From assembly GCF_009914755.1 (NCBI RefSeq), contig NC_060934.1: 64,000 nt of DNA. One strand, 5' to 3'. The translations under genes and the position numbers were made by a program. How positions within the stretch are numbered: position 1 is the stretch's first letter; each line of letters opens with the position of its first letter. Of the stretch, positions 1 to 16,359 are shown in pieces. The notes below the pieces were generated by a model that did no database searches, was not told the DNA's origin, and saw only the letters and a list, made by a program, of their open reading frames with translations. Source of the stretch: the human T2T-CHM13v2.0 reference genome, Homo sapiens.

Positions 1-139
1 CAACAGCTTTGATTTTTATGTATAAGATTTCCTTTTCCTAATATACTCAGAGCACTTACAAACCAATAAGGAAAAAAAAATGACCAAAGGGCAGAGGATA
101 TAATCAAGTAGTTTTACAAAACAAGAGCCAAAATCGCCA

Positions 140-207
140 ACATTTTGGCTATAAATGTGCAATATTTAAAAGCACATTCTGGCTATAAATATGCAATATT
201 TAAAAGC
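140..207. repeat. 34-bp tandem duplication (2 copies) immediately 5' of an Alu
   Basis: acattttggctataaatgtgcaatatttaaaagc (140-173) / acattctggctataaatatgcaatatttaaaagc (174-207); 2 mismatches. Confidence 0.9.
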
Positions 208-214
208 ACATTTA

Positions 215-492
215 GGCCGGGCGTAGTGGCTTATGCCTTTAATTCCACAATTTGGAGGCCGAAGCGGGTGGACTACCTGAGGTCAGGAGTTCAAGACCAG
301 CTTGATCAACATGGGTGTTGATCAACCCCGTCTCTACTAAAAATACAAAAATTATCCAGGTGTGGTGATGTGCACCTGCAATCCCAGCTACTTGGGAGGC
401 AGAGGCAGGAGAATCACTTGAACCCGGAGGCGGAGGTTGCAATGAGCCAAGATTCCAGTCTGAGCGACAGAGTGAGACTCCATCTCAAAAAA
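215..492 (+). mobile_element. Alu (AluS-type) with short right-arm deletion
   Basis: GGCCGGGCG start, dimer with TACTAAAAATACAAAAA linker, A tail; flanks share gcacattta (TSD-like). Confidence 0.95.
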
Positions 493-684
493 GGCACATT
501 TAACGAATGGAAAATATAAAAATAAGCTGTCATTTTAAATATATTATTGATTATCAAAGGGTAGAAAACCAGGTGCTCATGACGTAAACCTAAGTGGGTA
601 CAATCTTTCCAGAGACTAGTTTGTCAATTTCCTCCCTATCCTGAGACTTTTCTATCTAATAGATCACTGATTTCTGATTTCTGT

Positions 685-1046
685 TCAGTGTCTAGCCCAT
701 TCTGGCTAAATGAAACAAGGGGGATTGGCAGGGAGCTTATGGGAAACGTTGTCCTTATGATAAAAAGAGATGCATAGGAGGAAATACCCCTTTTCTTCCC
801 ATGGGCATTGTCACGTGGTACCTGGAACTATGACACCACTTAGTGACCATGAAGCCCAAGCCAATACGTTGAAGATACCATATGAGCCACAGGAGAAAAG
901 ACTTTATGTTTGGTGACATTACTGAGTTGCTGACTTAGGACTACAATGCCCCAACTTCCAAAATCTTGTTATGTGACAGTCAATTCCTTACTTACAAAAT
1001 TTCTTTAATTGGATCTCTTGTTCCTTGCAGCTAAAGGAATTCTGAC
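685..1046 (+). mobile_element. MLT1 (J/K/L-like) MaLR LTR relic
   Basis: Motifs ttctggctaaatgaaa, cctggaactatgacaccac, gacattactgagttgctga, gttatgtga and ttgcagctaaaggaattctgac resemble old MLT1 consensus. Confidence 0.6.
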
Positions 1047-1049
1047 AAA

Positions 1050-1560
1050 ATAAATCAAAACTCAAAATGTGCATACCCTTGGAACACAAAATGTAATTTC
1101 TAGAGCTCTGACTCAAGGAAATATTCAGACAAGTAAACAGAGGTATATATAACATGCTATTTATAGTACTGAAAAACTACAAAGCCATGTAAATGCCCTT
1201 CAAAAAGAAGTTGGTTAAATACGTGGTTAAGTATTTCACTGTTACAGAGCCAATAAGATGTGATATGGATTAATATTTACAGACAGAAATGTTTATTTGA
1301 GGTCTATCGTTTAGGGGGAAAAAGAAGATTACAAAAGGGCACATACAGGTAGGATTACATTTATGTAAAATTTTGTGTATCTGATTACAGAGCTGCACGG
1401 AAGGCTATTCTCCAAGTTGGGAGTGGGGTGGGATTGATCAGCCATGGACGTGTAGAAAGGAAACTCCCAGAGATAAACATAGTCAGGGGCTTTGTGGCCA
1501 ATGCTGAAGGGAAAGAAAGTCTTAGCCATTGAACTTCAAGCATGTTTATACTAATGGTGA
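1050..1560 (+). mobile_element. Old L1 (L1M) 3' fragment
   Basis: gtgcatacccttgga...aatttctag...aaggaaatattcagacaag resembles the L1 ORF2 end / 3'UTR; A-rich. Confidence 0.55.
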
Positions 1561-1689
1561 AACCGACTCTAAGAAAGCAATACAAATAAGGCGTTGTAAC
1601 CAACGAGCTTCAAGTATTTCTGGTCTCATTGGCAAGACCATCTCTTGTGAGACAGTGCATCCCTCTAAGTAGGTGTCATTTGTTTTCAT

Positions 1690-1826
1690 TTGGATGCCTT
1701 CAGCTGCAAGTTACAGAATTCCCGACTTTCAACTGTGAGGGAATTATCTCACATAACTGAAGTCCTGAGTCAGAGTGGACTTCAGGTGTGATTGATTCAA
1801 GTGCCACTGATTCATCAAAGACCCAG
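1690..1826 (-). mobile_element. MLT1 (K/J-like) LTR fragment
   Basis: gctgcaagttacagaa...ctcacataactgaagtcc...cttcagg...gacccag matches the reverse end of MLT1. Confidence 0.55.
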
Positions 1827-1830
1827 TCCT

Positions 1831-1906
1831 GGCCAGGCACAGTGGCTCACGTGTGTAATTCCAGCACTTTGGGAGGTTGCAGTGAGATCGTGCCATTGCA
1901 CTCCAG
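1831..1906 (+). mobile_element. Internally collapsed Alu (start of left arm fused to right arm)
   Basis: ggccaggcacagtggctcac...cactttgggagg joined directly to ttgcagtgagatcgtgccattgcactccag; no tail. Confidence 0.85.
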
Positions 1907-3631
1907 TGAAAGGGGAAGATACATGGATGGTGGGTGGGCAACCTACAGTGTCCATTAATCCACACCAGTTGTCATTTTATTCCTCCGGCTCTCATGTTTT
2001 AAATCCTAGTGGTTTTGCCTATAGAGACAAAATGTGCTGATCCTATCGACGTTGAATGTTTCCTGTTTCATTGACAGTGCTTCTCATGATAACTCCAATT
2101 ACACAACTTAGCTATGACTTACGAAACACTTAATATGGGCCAGACATGATATTAAGAGCTTTACACTTAAGAAGCAGAGAACGTATTTTGCAGACATGAC
2201 TATTTCTATTGCAAGGAATAAATCTGCTTTTTTTTTTTCTTTTTAAGATTAACAGTATGTTGGTGCCCAGCTCAGACTCCCAGAAGTTATGTTTAGTGCG
2301 TGTTCGGTTCCAGCTTGAATGACTCCCAGATGTTGATGAGAGTCAGTCTCCGACTCTTCAAAAGAGGCAAGATTCAGATTCTTCCTCTAGCTTCAGCCCT
2401 GATTTGGCTCATCGAAATGAGCCAGACATTTGCTGTGCCATTTACATTTATTATGTTATTGTTCTCTTGGCAACACTAAGATGAATTTTATTATCTCTGA
2501 ATATTTTATAGAAAATTGAGGTTCAGAGAGTTCAAGGAACATAGCCCAAATTAAAGAGCTGGAAAGTGTGATAAAAACCTGAGTTCTTACATTATTTTAC
2601 CTTTTCTCATTAAAAAAAAAAAAGTCATATACTTGAATTGTACAACTTTAGACATACTCTTTGTAATTCTGTTGAAACCCACTAGGGTTCAACTGGATGT
2701 CGGGCACACAGTTATCTCTTAATAACTATCTGGCTATTATCCAATCAAGGAAGGATAGACAGGGGATCACCGTTTTAAACCACACAATCTTGTACGTGGA
2801 TTTAGCTAACTCCCATCTGGTATGCATTCTAAACTCCTTAGGATTTCTATCTGCCTCAGTAAGAAAGATACCACAGTCAAAACATGCGAATTAACTCTAC
2901 TTGTTATATATGTGTCACTAAAAAACCGCCCCAGGAGTTTTCAGCTCACTAAAAATTAAGAATCTGAAAATAGAAATTTTACAGCTTCCCTGAGACTTCT
3001 GAGCCCTACTGAACGGTTCAAAAGCTTAAGAGCAGCATTATGTCAACCAGGGATTTGAAAAATCAAGTCATGTTCTTCCCGCTCCTTAAGTCAATACCAA
3101 GGGTAAAGATTTTGCAATCAGAAGCTCACTAGCAATTTTGCTGGGAAGTGCTCACCAATGGAATTCCACTTAATTCCTCCCCAGCTGGGTGGGAGCTACA
3201 GCCCAACAGTGGCCAAGTGTGTTGCCCTTGCAAAATGTGACTCAGAAGCATTCAGAGAGCTGAGATACTGAGGTCCTGAAAATAGGCTATTTTTATATTG
3301 ATGTCTTCCGTAACTACAGCCTTGCTGAAAGAATGCATGTGTTCCCAGTTGCACTTTTCCTTCTGTAGTGCTTTTAAATTACATGTCGTTAAGGCCACTT
3401 CCAGTAGTCTCAGAAATATTTCTCCTTGTAAAACAGTGCCCTGTGAAAACTACCATCAAATTCTTCCACTCCACATTGCCGTGGCCACCTGAGGGGAAGG
3501 CTTTGGGAAAGAATAAATGCTTATTCTTGGGAAATGCTGATTCCTTCTGCGTGAACTTTTCCAGGCTCTATGCTGATTCTCATTACTCTGGTCCTCCTGG
3601 TGAACTTCAGCAGTGTATTCTGCTTATTTTT

Positions 3632-3928
<297 letters not shown>

Positions 3929-4203
3929 CTCTCTGCTTATTTTTAACAGCGAAGCAATGGATCATTCATTGAAATGGCAGCAGAGGCAATATTAGAATGC
4001 AAAACTGCAGTGGTAATACTATATTAGAGTGTTGCCACCACACATTTATTGACTACCATACTGTTTTTAAGCATTTCAACGTATACTACTGAATTTGAGT
4101 GGTAGGGAGTGCCAAATCCATGTTGTGGGCTCGTGGGGTCCTTCTTCACACCCACTATTGACGACCATTATATCAGCAACAGGAGGAAACAGATAGAGAA
4201 TAG

Positions 4204-4531
<328 letters not shown>

Positions 4532-5057
4532 CTAATTCAGTGGAACTTTGTCTTTCCAGTTCTCCTTTGAGGTAGCATCCAGGTGGTGGTCACAGGGCAG
4601 CCTCCTCCAATTCCCCACTGAAATATCTAAGACCCAGAAATCACTCACTCAAGCCCTGAAAAGTTGAGTAAAATCTCACTCAAGCCCCCAAAACTAAAAT
4701 ATCGAGAAACAGAGTTTAGAGAAATGTCCCCATCAGAAGGGCTGATGTAACCAAAATTAAATAAACCGTGGCCCAATCATGCTTAATTTTATAAAACAAA
4801 GAAGCCCCACTCTCATGAAAGAAGACAGGAACACACTTTGTTGCTCCCCTGTGTGTCCCTGGCTGAATGATTCAGGGTCTGAACAAACCAAGAATAAACC
4901 AGGAAAGGGGGTCACAGCATTCTTCTCTGCATGTAGCAGGTTGGAGATACCCGGGGTCCTAGCCCCCTGTTATCCTTGCTGACATCATTCTACTGCCATC
5001 AGCAAACTACAACTTCCAGAAAACAACGTATGAGGAAGTATGAAGTGGGGGTATGTA

Positions 5058-5060
<3 letters not shown>

Positions 5061-5106
<46 letters not shown>
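5061..5106. repeat. (GT)23 microsatellite
   Basis: Perfect dinucleotide run. Confidence 0.98.
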
Positions 5107-5107
<1 letters not shown>

Positions 5108-5769
5108 GGTAGGGGGAGTGGGATGAGGATAGAGAATGGTGGTAGCTCAGTGCCTGCAGTATATCCTTTGGACGTGAAATATAATAGCAGCACATAGAAG
5201 GGAACAAATATTCAGAAACACTCCATTGATTCAGAGTTGCAGAAAGCTGGGCACCTGAGGAGGAGATCCACCTTAGTATGTAGAGCTGCACCAGGAGTTG
5301 GCCAGAAGCTATTTACTGTCACCTGCTGCCAAACCAAAGTCACGTACTTCCTCTGACAACTTCCTCTTGGTGGGGGGTGTGGGGGGTAGTCCCTGTTGTC
5401 CACACAGGGAAGGGGTGGGTATGGATCTGTTTCCTCAGTTCAGTGCCATAAGATCAGGAACCTGGCTGATTGTAGCTTAGGTAGGCATTTAATATTTGTT
5501 GAAGAAACAAGCAAATGCTTTGAATCTGGATAGAGAGAATGAGTAGGGAAGATAAAGAGTGTGAAGTTGTATGTGTGTGTGTGTATGTGTGCATGCGCTG
5601 GAAGTGGGATGAGAACTGTGTAAAGTGTACACAGAAGAACAAGAAAAGGGAACACACAGCATCCAAAGAATTCAGACCTGGAGCCTACGCCTGTGTGCCG
5701 CACTCTGAATTCATGGCGAAAAGCCTCCCAAAGGACTAAGAAGGTCAAAGCAGATTGAAAAGAGATGCA

Positions 5770-6090
5770 GGATCGACAATGGCAATAAAAGTCATGAAGC
5801 TTTATGTAGCAAATAACCTAGCATAAAAATCTGCAAAGCAAAACGTATCAAAAAAAAGAAAGAGAAATTGAGGGGAAAATGATCGTTATTGTTATGAGAG
5901 ACTTAAATGGACTTCTTTCCGTTCCGACTAATGGAATAGACAAAACCCAGTAATAATGTCGAAAAATGTTAACTATCATGAGGTATTATCAGTAGACGCA
6001 CATTTAACCTTCTATCCTTCAAGAAACAAACTCTTTCATGAGAGCTCATACACAAACTTGCAATGGAATAAGTCAAATAGAAAATATTAA
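5770..6090 (+). mobile_element. Old L1 ORF2 endonuclease-region relic
   Basis: Degenerate equivalents of IYAPN...KQKL...EID..IIVGDFNTPLS (tatgtagcaaataac, gaaattgag, gagacttaaatggacttctttc). Confidence 0.6.
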
Positions 6091-6098
6091 TATGTCTC

Positions 6099-6389
<291 letters not shown>

Positions 6390-6599
6390 TTAGTATGTCT
6401 CATTGATATTAATGACAAGTATTTAGACAATAACAACCAGTATAGAGGGGAACAGGAAAGATTTATTATAACAACACTTAAAGGAAAAGAAAGCTAAACA
6501 TAGAACAATCGGTCAGCTTTATTTATGACAGCAGAACTAGGAAATAGCATCAATATATCAGGTCCCTTGCCCACTGCCTTATTAATAACACTGTCATGA

Positions 6600-6962
<363 letters not shown>

Positions 6963-7916
6963 TCAGTAGCATTAGTAGCAGTAGAAGTACCAGGGCTATT
7001 TCTAGGCATCAAAAATAACTAGCATAGTAAGACAACTAGCACTGGATAAGTCTTCCTCCACTCCAAATAGCTTCTCCATCAAAATGCCATTCTATCTGAA
7101 ATTCCACCAGTAGAAGTGTATTTTATTAAATTAATCAATGTGCTTTCTGGGATCATCTTTCAAAGTATAAATATGCCGGAGAGCAGTAACATCTTCAAAC
7201 ACTAACATCTTAGCAGGAATTATGGATTATGCTATGAAGTCAATCTTTTCCAGGCTCAGAGCCAGGCTGGGGGCGCAGGGGTTGGGGCAGAGGCTCAGCT
7301 GGTATCAGTAGGTAGGAAGAGGCACCATCTCTCTGACAGCTTCTCTGGGTTGTGATTGTATCACATATCTGAACAGAGTGTTTAGGAGAGTGAAATGGTT
7401 ATGCCTAAGAACTGCTAATACATATCAGATCCCCAATATATATTTGCTTTCCTGTGAATTGCATATTTTATAATCTAAGTGTGAAGTAGAAAGATTCTAG
7501 TTCAATAAAGCTTTGATTACTTTTAAGCTAGTAAATATTTATACTGCTGTATTTTGTTCATTACGTTTGAATTTAAACCTAACTTTGGACTGTATTAAGT
7601 AGTTGTACTTGGAGTTCTTAGCCTTGGTATCTGAAAAAGGTTATGGGGATTGGGAGGAAACTTCTCCTTTCCTCAGTGAAATTAATTAAATTCTACAGAA
7701 ACAAACTTTACATTTGACATCACTTACATATGTGTGAGTTCAAAGTTCCCACACATATGTCATCATAGAGTGCTGTGTAGAAGCCAAACTCAAGATATTC
7801 ACATATTAAGACACTTACTATATTAGGTTTAATTGGAGTAGTTTCCTGTTTGTTTGTTTTTTTCCACTTAGGCTAAGTGAGATGAAGGAAGAAAGCTGTC
7901 TTATTTAGTGAGTTCA

Positions 7917-8000
7917 TTCTCTCTCTCTCTTTCTCCCTCCCTCCCTCCCTCTCCCTCTCTTTCTCTCTCCCTCCCTCCCTCTCCCTCTCTTTCTCTCTCT
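7917..8000. repeat. CT-rich polypyrimidine repeat with ~30-bp internal duplication
   Basis: ccctccctccctctccctctctttctctct occurs twice. Confidence 0.9.
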
Positions 8001-8551
8001 TAAATACGTCTCGAATGTTTTGTGGGTATATTCTTCACTCATGTTCAATGCATCATTTTTGTTTTCTCTCCTCAGTGGCTCTCTTGTTTCCAACACCTCC
8101 ATCCCCACCCCCAATACCAGCTTCTGCCCCCAGGGTAGGAAGAGGGTAGATTTGGTGATTCACTTTTTAGGGAAATATCATTGGCCTTCTGTGTTATATT
8201 CTCAGGATGTTAAGTAGTTTGGCTAAGTCAGTGTTGGACTTGTGACTTGGGTCATGTGAATTTTATTTCTTGGTCTGCCACTAATTCATATGGTGATAGA
8301 CTATGTTATTGAACTGCCATACCTCAATATACACAGCTATAAAAAATGACAGTAGCCATGGCACGTTTCAATCAAATGACCATCTCTGTCAACACAATGG
8401 GTCCTACGCAGCATAGGTGCTTGCCTTAGAGATGGACTCCTTGGATTTCTTCATGGAAGCTTGTGTACATATGCATATTTGGGGGTCAGGGAGAGGGCTC
8501 ATAAGTTTGATAAGAGTTCACTGTGACCTGTGTGCCTTGGGGCCTCAAAAA

Positions 8552-8912
8552 TAGCTGTTCCCAAACACTGCTCTGGGGAGCCATGAAGAATTTTTCATTG
8601 ATCTATGACAGCATGCAGAAAATACTGTAAGAACAATTTAAGGGGATTTCCACAAAGCTAAATTTAGTAAGCTTTAAAGACTACACTTTATTTAAAATAT
8701 ATATTTTCTGATTTTTCTGCTGGTTAATTTACTATTATATGATTTACTATTTACTTAATAATATGATTTACTATTATATGATACTGTTAATGTAGGTTAG
8801 TTCTCCCTGCCCCTGCCCCAGTGGCTTCCCTTAGCAAAATCTAAAAGTTAGTTTCAAAAAGCTTTTTAATATTTGCACGGCCCATGGAACTAAATATTTG
8901 GGAATTACAGCT
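8552..8912. mobile_element. Possible hAT-Charlie-type MITE relic
   Basis: Imperfect terminal inverted ends agctgttcccaaa ... tttgggaattacagct. Confidence 0.35.
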
Positions 8913-9759
8913 TTTATAGAGAATTCTCCTGGCCCTTTATTTGCCTTTCTAACTTTTGCTGTCTGTCTTTGGCTATTTCAAGAATAATATTAAGGAAGTA
9001 TTATTAAGCTGCCTCTGGGGCCAATCTGTTCAACACAAATCAATTGCCATATGCCTTAAAGAACAAGTAGATCTTCACCAGGATGTTCTTGGTGGGACAG
9101 CTTATACAGCACATTGCTGCATGTAGACTTTCTCTTCCCTCAAATCACACATTTACCAGAGCTGCTCAGTGTCTGTCTCTCTGTCCCCACACTGTCATAT
9201 TGCCCCTGCATTCTCCACCTCTCTCTGAGTGCTATGACATGCCCATCCCTTGGAAGCCTCCTCATTTGGGACTCTCCACCCTGCAGGGACCCCTGTGAGG
9301 TGTAATCCAGCACCTCCTCTATCCACACTTACTGCTCTCAGCAGTCTTCCTAGAATTTTGGGAGATAAACTCTCACAAATTGTAATGTAATTTACAGCTC
9401 AGATAAGTGACACTCCAAAATGACAACCTCAACTACAATCCGCATCCTTCATCTTCATTTGTCTCCCTCCCCTCCCCAATATCTTTTGGCTATCAATATT
9501 TTATTATCGGTTTAGAAAGTCAGCCCATTGGAAAATAATTGAATGGAGGTAAAATGACCAAGGAAGGTAAGCATTGAAGAGATGGGGTATTAGAAGAGCT
9601 GGCAGAAGAAGGGACATGATGATGGAATGAGCACCTTCTGCTTTGGGTTTCAGAGACACTGGAACCCTCATTCACCTTAGGGCTCTGAAGCTTCTTTGGT
9701 CTGTTACCTATGTTGTAGTACTATTATTTGTTATATTATATTCTTTGTTATAACCACAA

Positions 9760-9870
9760 TAGATGTTTATTTAACATCTTTCTATTAAGTGCTGGTTGTG
9801 TGCTAGACATCATGCTAGGCACTGGGATTATGACAGTGAAAAAATGCAGACATGTCACTGCAAACACTGT
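9760..9870 (-). mobile_element. L2 3' fragment
   Basis: ttattaagtgc...tgtgctagacatcatgctaggcactgggat resembles the reverse L2 tail. Confidence 0.6.
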
Positions 9871-12129
9871 TCATACTGACCCTGAATCATCAGGACTGGG
9901 GAGAAAGGTATATTTAAAGATCCCTGACTTGTTTTTGACAGATTCAATGCTAAAGGAAGTTTCCATAGCCTGTTAAAAGAAGATTCAAAGATTTCAGGAC
10001 ACAATTGATGCATCCAATCAAAGGGAACAGATGGATTGCAAGACAAAATTCATGCCAGTGAATCTTCAGTAAGTATTCTCTGGAAAAAGGCTTAGACAGA
10101 GATCGCTGATGTACCAAGGCAAACGCCCCTTACCAGGGAAAGAACCCGGATCCCTGGACACGAGTCCTTCTTACTTTCTTGATTTGCCTTTCTGATGCCT
10201 ATGTGGCTGTTCCATGCATGAAGACTTTTAGATCTCAGTTTCTCAGAAGCCAGTAAAGAGTAAATAAGATTCCAAGGCTAACTAAGTCCCCTCTGAAACT
10301 ACATGCCACATTCAGAAACGACATTAATTCTCTAAGAGACCAAGACTAAATCAGGCTGGCATCTTGGATCTGCTGGGGAGGAAGTCTGTTTAATGCAATT
10401 GACCTCTAAACAGAGTTCATATTAACAGTGACCACTGTGTACATCCTGCTTTTTTAGCTGAAAGATAAACCGTATGCCCATGTTATAGAGAAGCATGAGA
10501 AAACATTGGTTTAGGATGAATTACATTTAAAAATTGAAATGGAAAGATCTTCTTTGTAAATGACTCAGTAATTTTCCATCATCCGAAAACATTTTATATA
10601 AAGAAACAATTTAGGAAGAAAAAAAGACCTACTTTAGATTAGAAAATATTTTTAAATTAGGAGATAAAGAGGTGGAGATGGGACGGAAAAAGAAGTTAAC
10701 ATACAAATTATTACTGTCCTTAAACTCAGTTTTTAGGAGGTAAGTGGACTGGGCTTGGGTGTTCTTGGTGGCTTAGGATATGGGTGCTGATGGGGCAGAG
10801 AGGACCAGGTATGTGTGCAGAAAGATACGCACTTAGTGGGATCTTCTCCAAGTAAGTGTTGAATGTAGAAGAATTAGACTTGATGAGAACACTGGGTGAG
10901 GGTGGACTCTTAGGTGGATCCTTGGATGAAGTAGGAGCCTGCAGCTGAAAGGGTGAAAGAAGGAGGTGGTAGGAAGGGTTTCCTTCCCCGTGTTGCAAGG
11001 CTGCTTCTCTTAATTCTGTGACTTTACTACAAAGCACAGAGGACTGTGACCAACATTTAATAAGCCTTCAATAAATGTTGATATTGATACCTAAAATTCC
11101 ACCTATTAGACATTGATTTATGTTAACAACTTCCTTCTTAAAGTAAAAATTCTCTTGGGAAGGCCCAAGTCAATTGACCATTCATTCTTTATGATGAATG
11201 TTTAATAAGACTGCTTTCTTCTGGATATCTAGTTGAGATCAGCTGAACAACGAGAGTTTTATGGCTAAATGGATATGAAGACACGAGGCAATTTAGGGTC
11301 ACGGAGATGCTCGGCTGAGTTCAGGCACAAATGGGGCCTTGAGAAGTCAGAAGTTCTTACTTCTCTAGATAATATCCTCAAAAAGCCAAGTGAAGATATT
11401 AAGAAGAAAAAGCCAAAAATAACAACCGTGGCTATACCATTTTGGGAACAGAGTTGGATTCACATATCCTCCGTCCTTCTACTTTATAAACATTATTTGG
11501 AAAATTAAAAGTCGAAAATATTATAAGATTAAAATTCTGTGAGTTGGAGTCAACTTGTCTTCTAAAGCCTAACGCTTTCTGAGCCTCAGTTAAGTTACCA
11601 CAAGAAGCAAGCCACCAAATTTGCCATCCAGAACTGTGATGCATGCTCTCATTTCCAGCAAGATGTAAAGCAGGGTTTTCATAACTGTTGAAGCTGCATC
11701 ACAACCATCTCCACAAAGGACCATTTATCAGTTATTTTGGGAAAGGGGAGGGTTTTTTTAGAAGAGAAGAAACCACGCTAATAAGCTTTTTGTCTGCAAT
11801 CATTTCCCACTGAGATTCCATATCAGTACATCTCCATTTGCTACATATTTAGCTTTAAAGGAAAATGAGGTGAGATGGAGATATTTGAGTCATAAAAGCA
11901 ATAAAACGTGCTTCCGGAAAATAGCTTTCCTTTCAGTCCCCAGACCTGCACTTCCCAGATATAAAGTTTGTTTCTTTAACAAAAGTCTTGGTCAAGTATA
12001 GCCAGGCATACTGATTATCAGAGAAATATATACATATGTTTATAATTCATATGAAAGGAAAGAGAGAAAGAGCCAAAAAGAAGGGATAAAAAAATAATAG
12101 CTTTAGAAATAGAGAAAAGAAACAAAAAC

Positions 12130-13920
<1,791 letters not shown>

Positions 13921-14359
13921 TGTGTAAGAAAAGCTCTCTGACCTTGACTTCCAGGAATTTACTCTTAGATGGTTTAATCTAGATACTACCAGAGCTTGTA
14001 ATACAGAAAATCCTGCAGGTAGGGAGAAGAGATTACCCAGAATTAGTTGACAGTCTATGTTTCATAGAGTAGAATCAAAGAAAGATGTCCTTATGAATTA
14101 AAAAAGCAAGCAAACTATGGTAACTTGAACCAGTTTCCAGTGCTAACGTAGCACTGCCAAGAAAAGACACTGTAAGGTCACCACTGGTCACTAGATACAG
14201 CTTGTTTTAAGTTACAATCACATTTACATAAAAACAATAAATGGTCTACATCACCTTGAAAAATGGTTTTTCCTTCCAGTTGTAAGCACTTTATGTCCTG
14301 GTGAAATGCTGCTCATCTGATTATTTTACTATATTGAGAAGAGGAAAGGGGAGGACATA

Positions 14360-14560
14360 TTATTTTCTTAACACCTAATGGATCCAGACACATGTTAAAT
14401 GCTTGACCTCCACAACCATGTTTAACTGTTAGAACAACATGATGTGTGTGTGGTTTATTATTTCTATTTTCCAAATCAGGAGACCAAGGTCTATAGAGAT
14501 TACGTAGCCTTCCTGGGCACTAGGAACAGGGACAGAACTGGAACCTGTGCCTATCTCTTT
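14360..14560 (-). mobile_element. MIR
   Basis: ttattatttctattttccaaatcaggagaccaaggtctatagagatta = reverse MIR core. Confidence 0.6.
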
Positions 14561-14716
14561 CTGTCGTTGCTCCTTCCAACATATCATGTTGCTTCTCAAA
14601 ACCAACAGTGAAAAAGTATTCTTTAGCCTAACCTGAGCTGAAATGGCTTAGATATGAAAGCGTAAAGTTTCACTGGCTGTGCATGATGCAAATTTCTTAA
14701 ATATAGGCAAATATAA

Positions 14717-14862
14717 GCATGTGTGGGTATAATTTCTGTATTATGTGTATACCTTTATATCCATATGCTGTATAGTATGTGTGTATACATATAGTGTGTG
14801 TGTATATTTTATATTTATACACACACACATATGTATATGCACACACACACACATATATATAA
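14717..14862. repeat. Imperfect (TA/TG/CA)n microsatellite
   Basis: Alternating purine-pyrimidine low-complexity tract. Confidence 0.85.
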
Positions 14863-15423
14863 ACCATTAATCTAGGAATCAACAAACCACATCTGATGAT
14901 ATTTCTGCATTGTCATAAAGCCGGAGAGAGAAGCTTCCCCCAGTTACAGGAAGACATTGTGTGATTGTGTCTGTGCTTGCTTTTTCCTAATGTCTGCATG
15001 TTGGACAGAACTTGGCCTAACTCTCATGTTCATGGTAATGTAGCATCTATTTTGAACCACAGGAGGATGGAACATTGACCAGAAGAACCTGACCTTAGTT
15101 GATGGCAACTCTGTTTTATTTCCGCTGCTCACCTGGGCCTCTGAATAACCGGGTTTCATTACTACAAGGCTGGCTCACTATGCACCCCTTCACCTGTTCA
15201 TTTGCCCAGTGTGTGTCTAACCCAGCCATCCACAGCTATGTCATGAAGACCTGTGCATGGATCCCCACCTGCCTTTCCCATGTTACCTGCGAGCTTACCA
15301 AAGACTTGGGATTTTTCCAGCATGGTGAAAGATGAAAATGTGCTTGGGTTTACTTTGTCATTTCCAGGGCTGGGTTAAAGCCATCATGTAATGAAGCCAG
15401 ATCCACATTAAAATGTGGTTCAT

Positions 15424-15844
<421 letters not shown>

Positions 15845-16359
15845 TTACTTTCCTCATTCATTCATTCCACAGATATTCCCTGGCCATTGAAATCAACTAC
15901 TTGTGTCAGAATACAAAGCTACATGAGATGTGGTCCTTGTCCTCAATAAGCACACAAGTCAGGGAGTTGGAGGGGAGATTATGAGTAAGGAAGAGATACA
16001 GAGGTGAAGAGGGGAGGTGTCCAAGCTGGAGGGTTCTCAAGGGAGAGGGAAGAGTCTGGAGGCTTACGGAGAAGATAGCTCTTGGGGGTTTTGCCCTTTG
16101 AGCCTCTCACAGAGGTCCTGGGCCAAGGAGGACTTTGCGTTTTCCATCAGGGTCAGCCTGGTGTCACCCAAACACCTAGAGGAGTGAGGAGACACCAGAA
16201 ATCCCAGATTGTGTGACAGCACCTGGGTAGGCACTGCAAGGGACTAAAGATGCTACTTGCAACCAAGGATGATCCCCAAGACAAAAAATATGCATTATAA
16301 GAATTATATTTTGGTCCTCAAACTTCTGGTTCTATAAATGCTGTTCTCACTGTCTGGGA

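Noticed and set aside
4976-5291. VCVC/HTHT-type ORFs (also at 33.9, 40.6 and 51 kb)
   Set aside because: These are translations of microsatellites.
10725-10746. ttttagGAG|GTAAGT as a recursive splice site or 3-nt microexon
   Set aside because: The pyrimidine tract is short and interrupted by an upstream AG.
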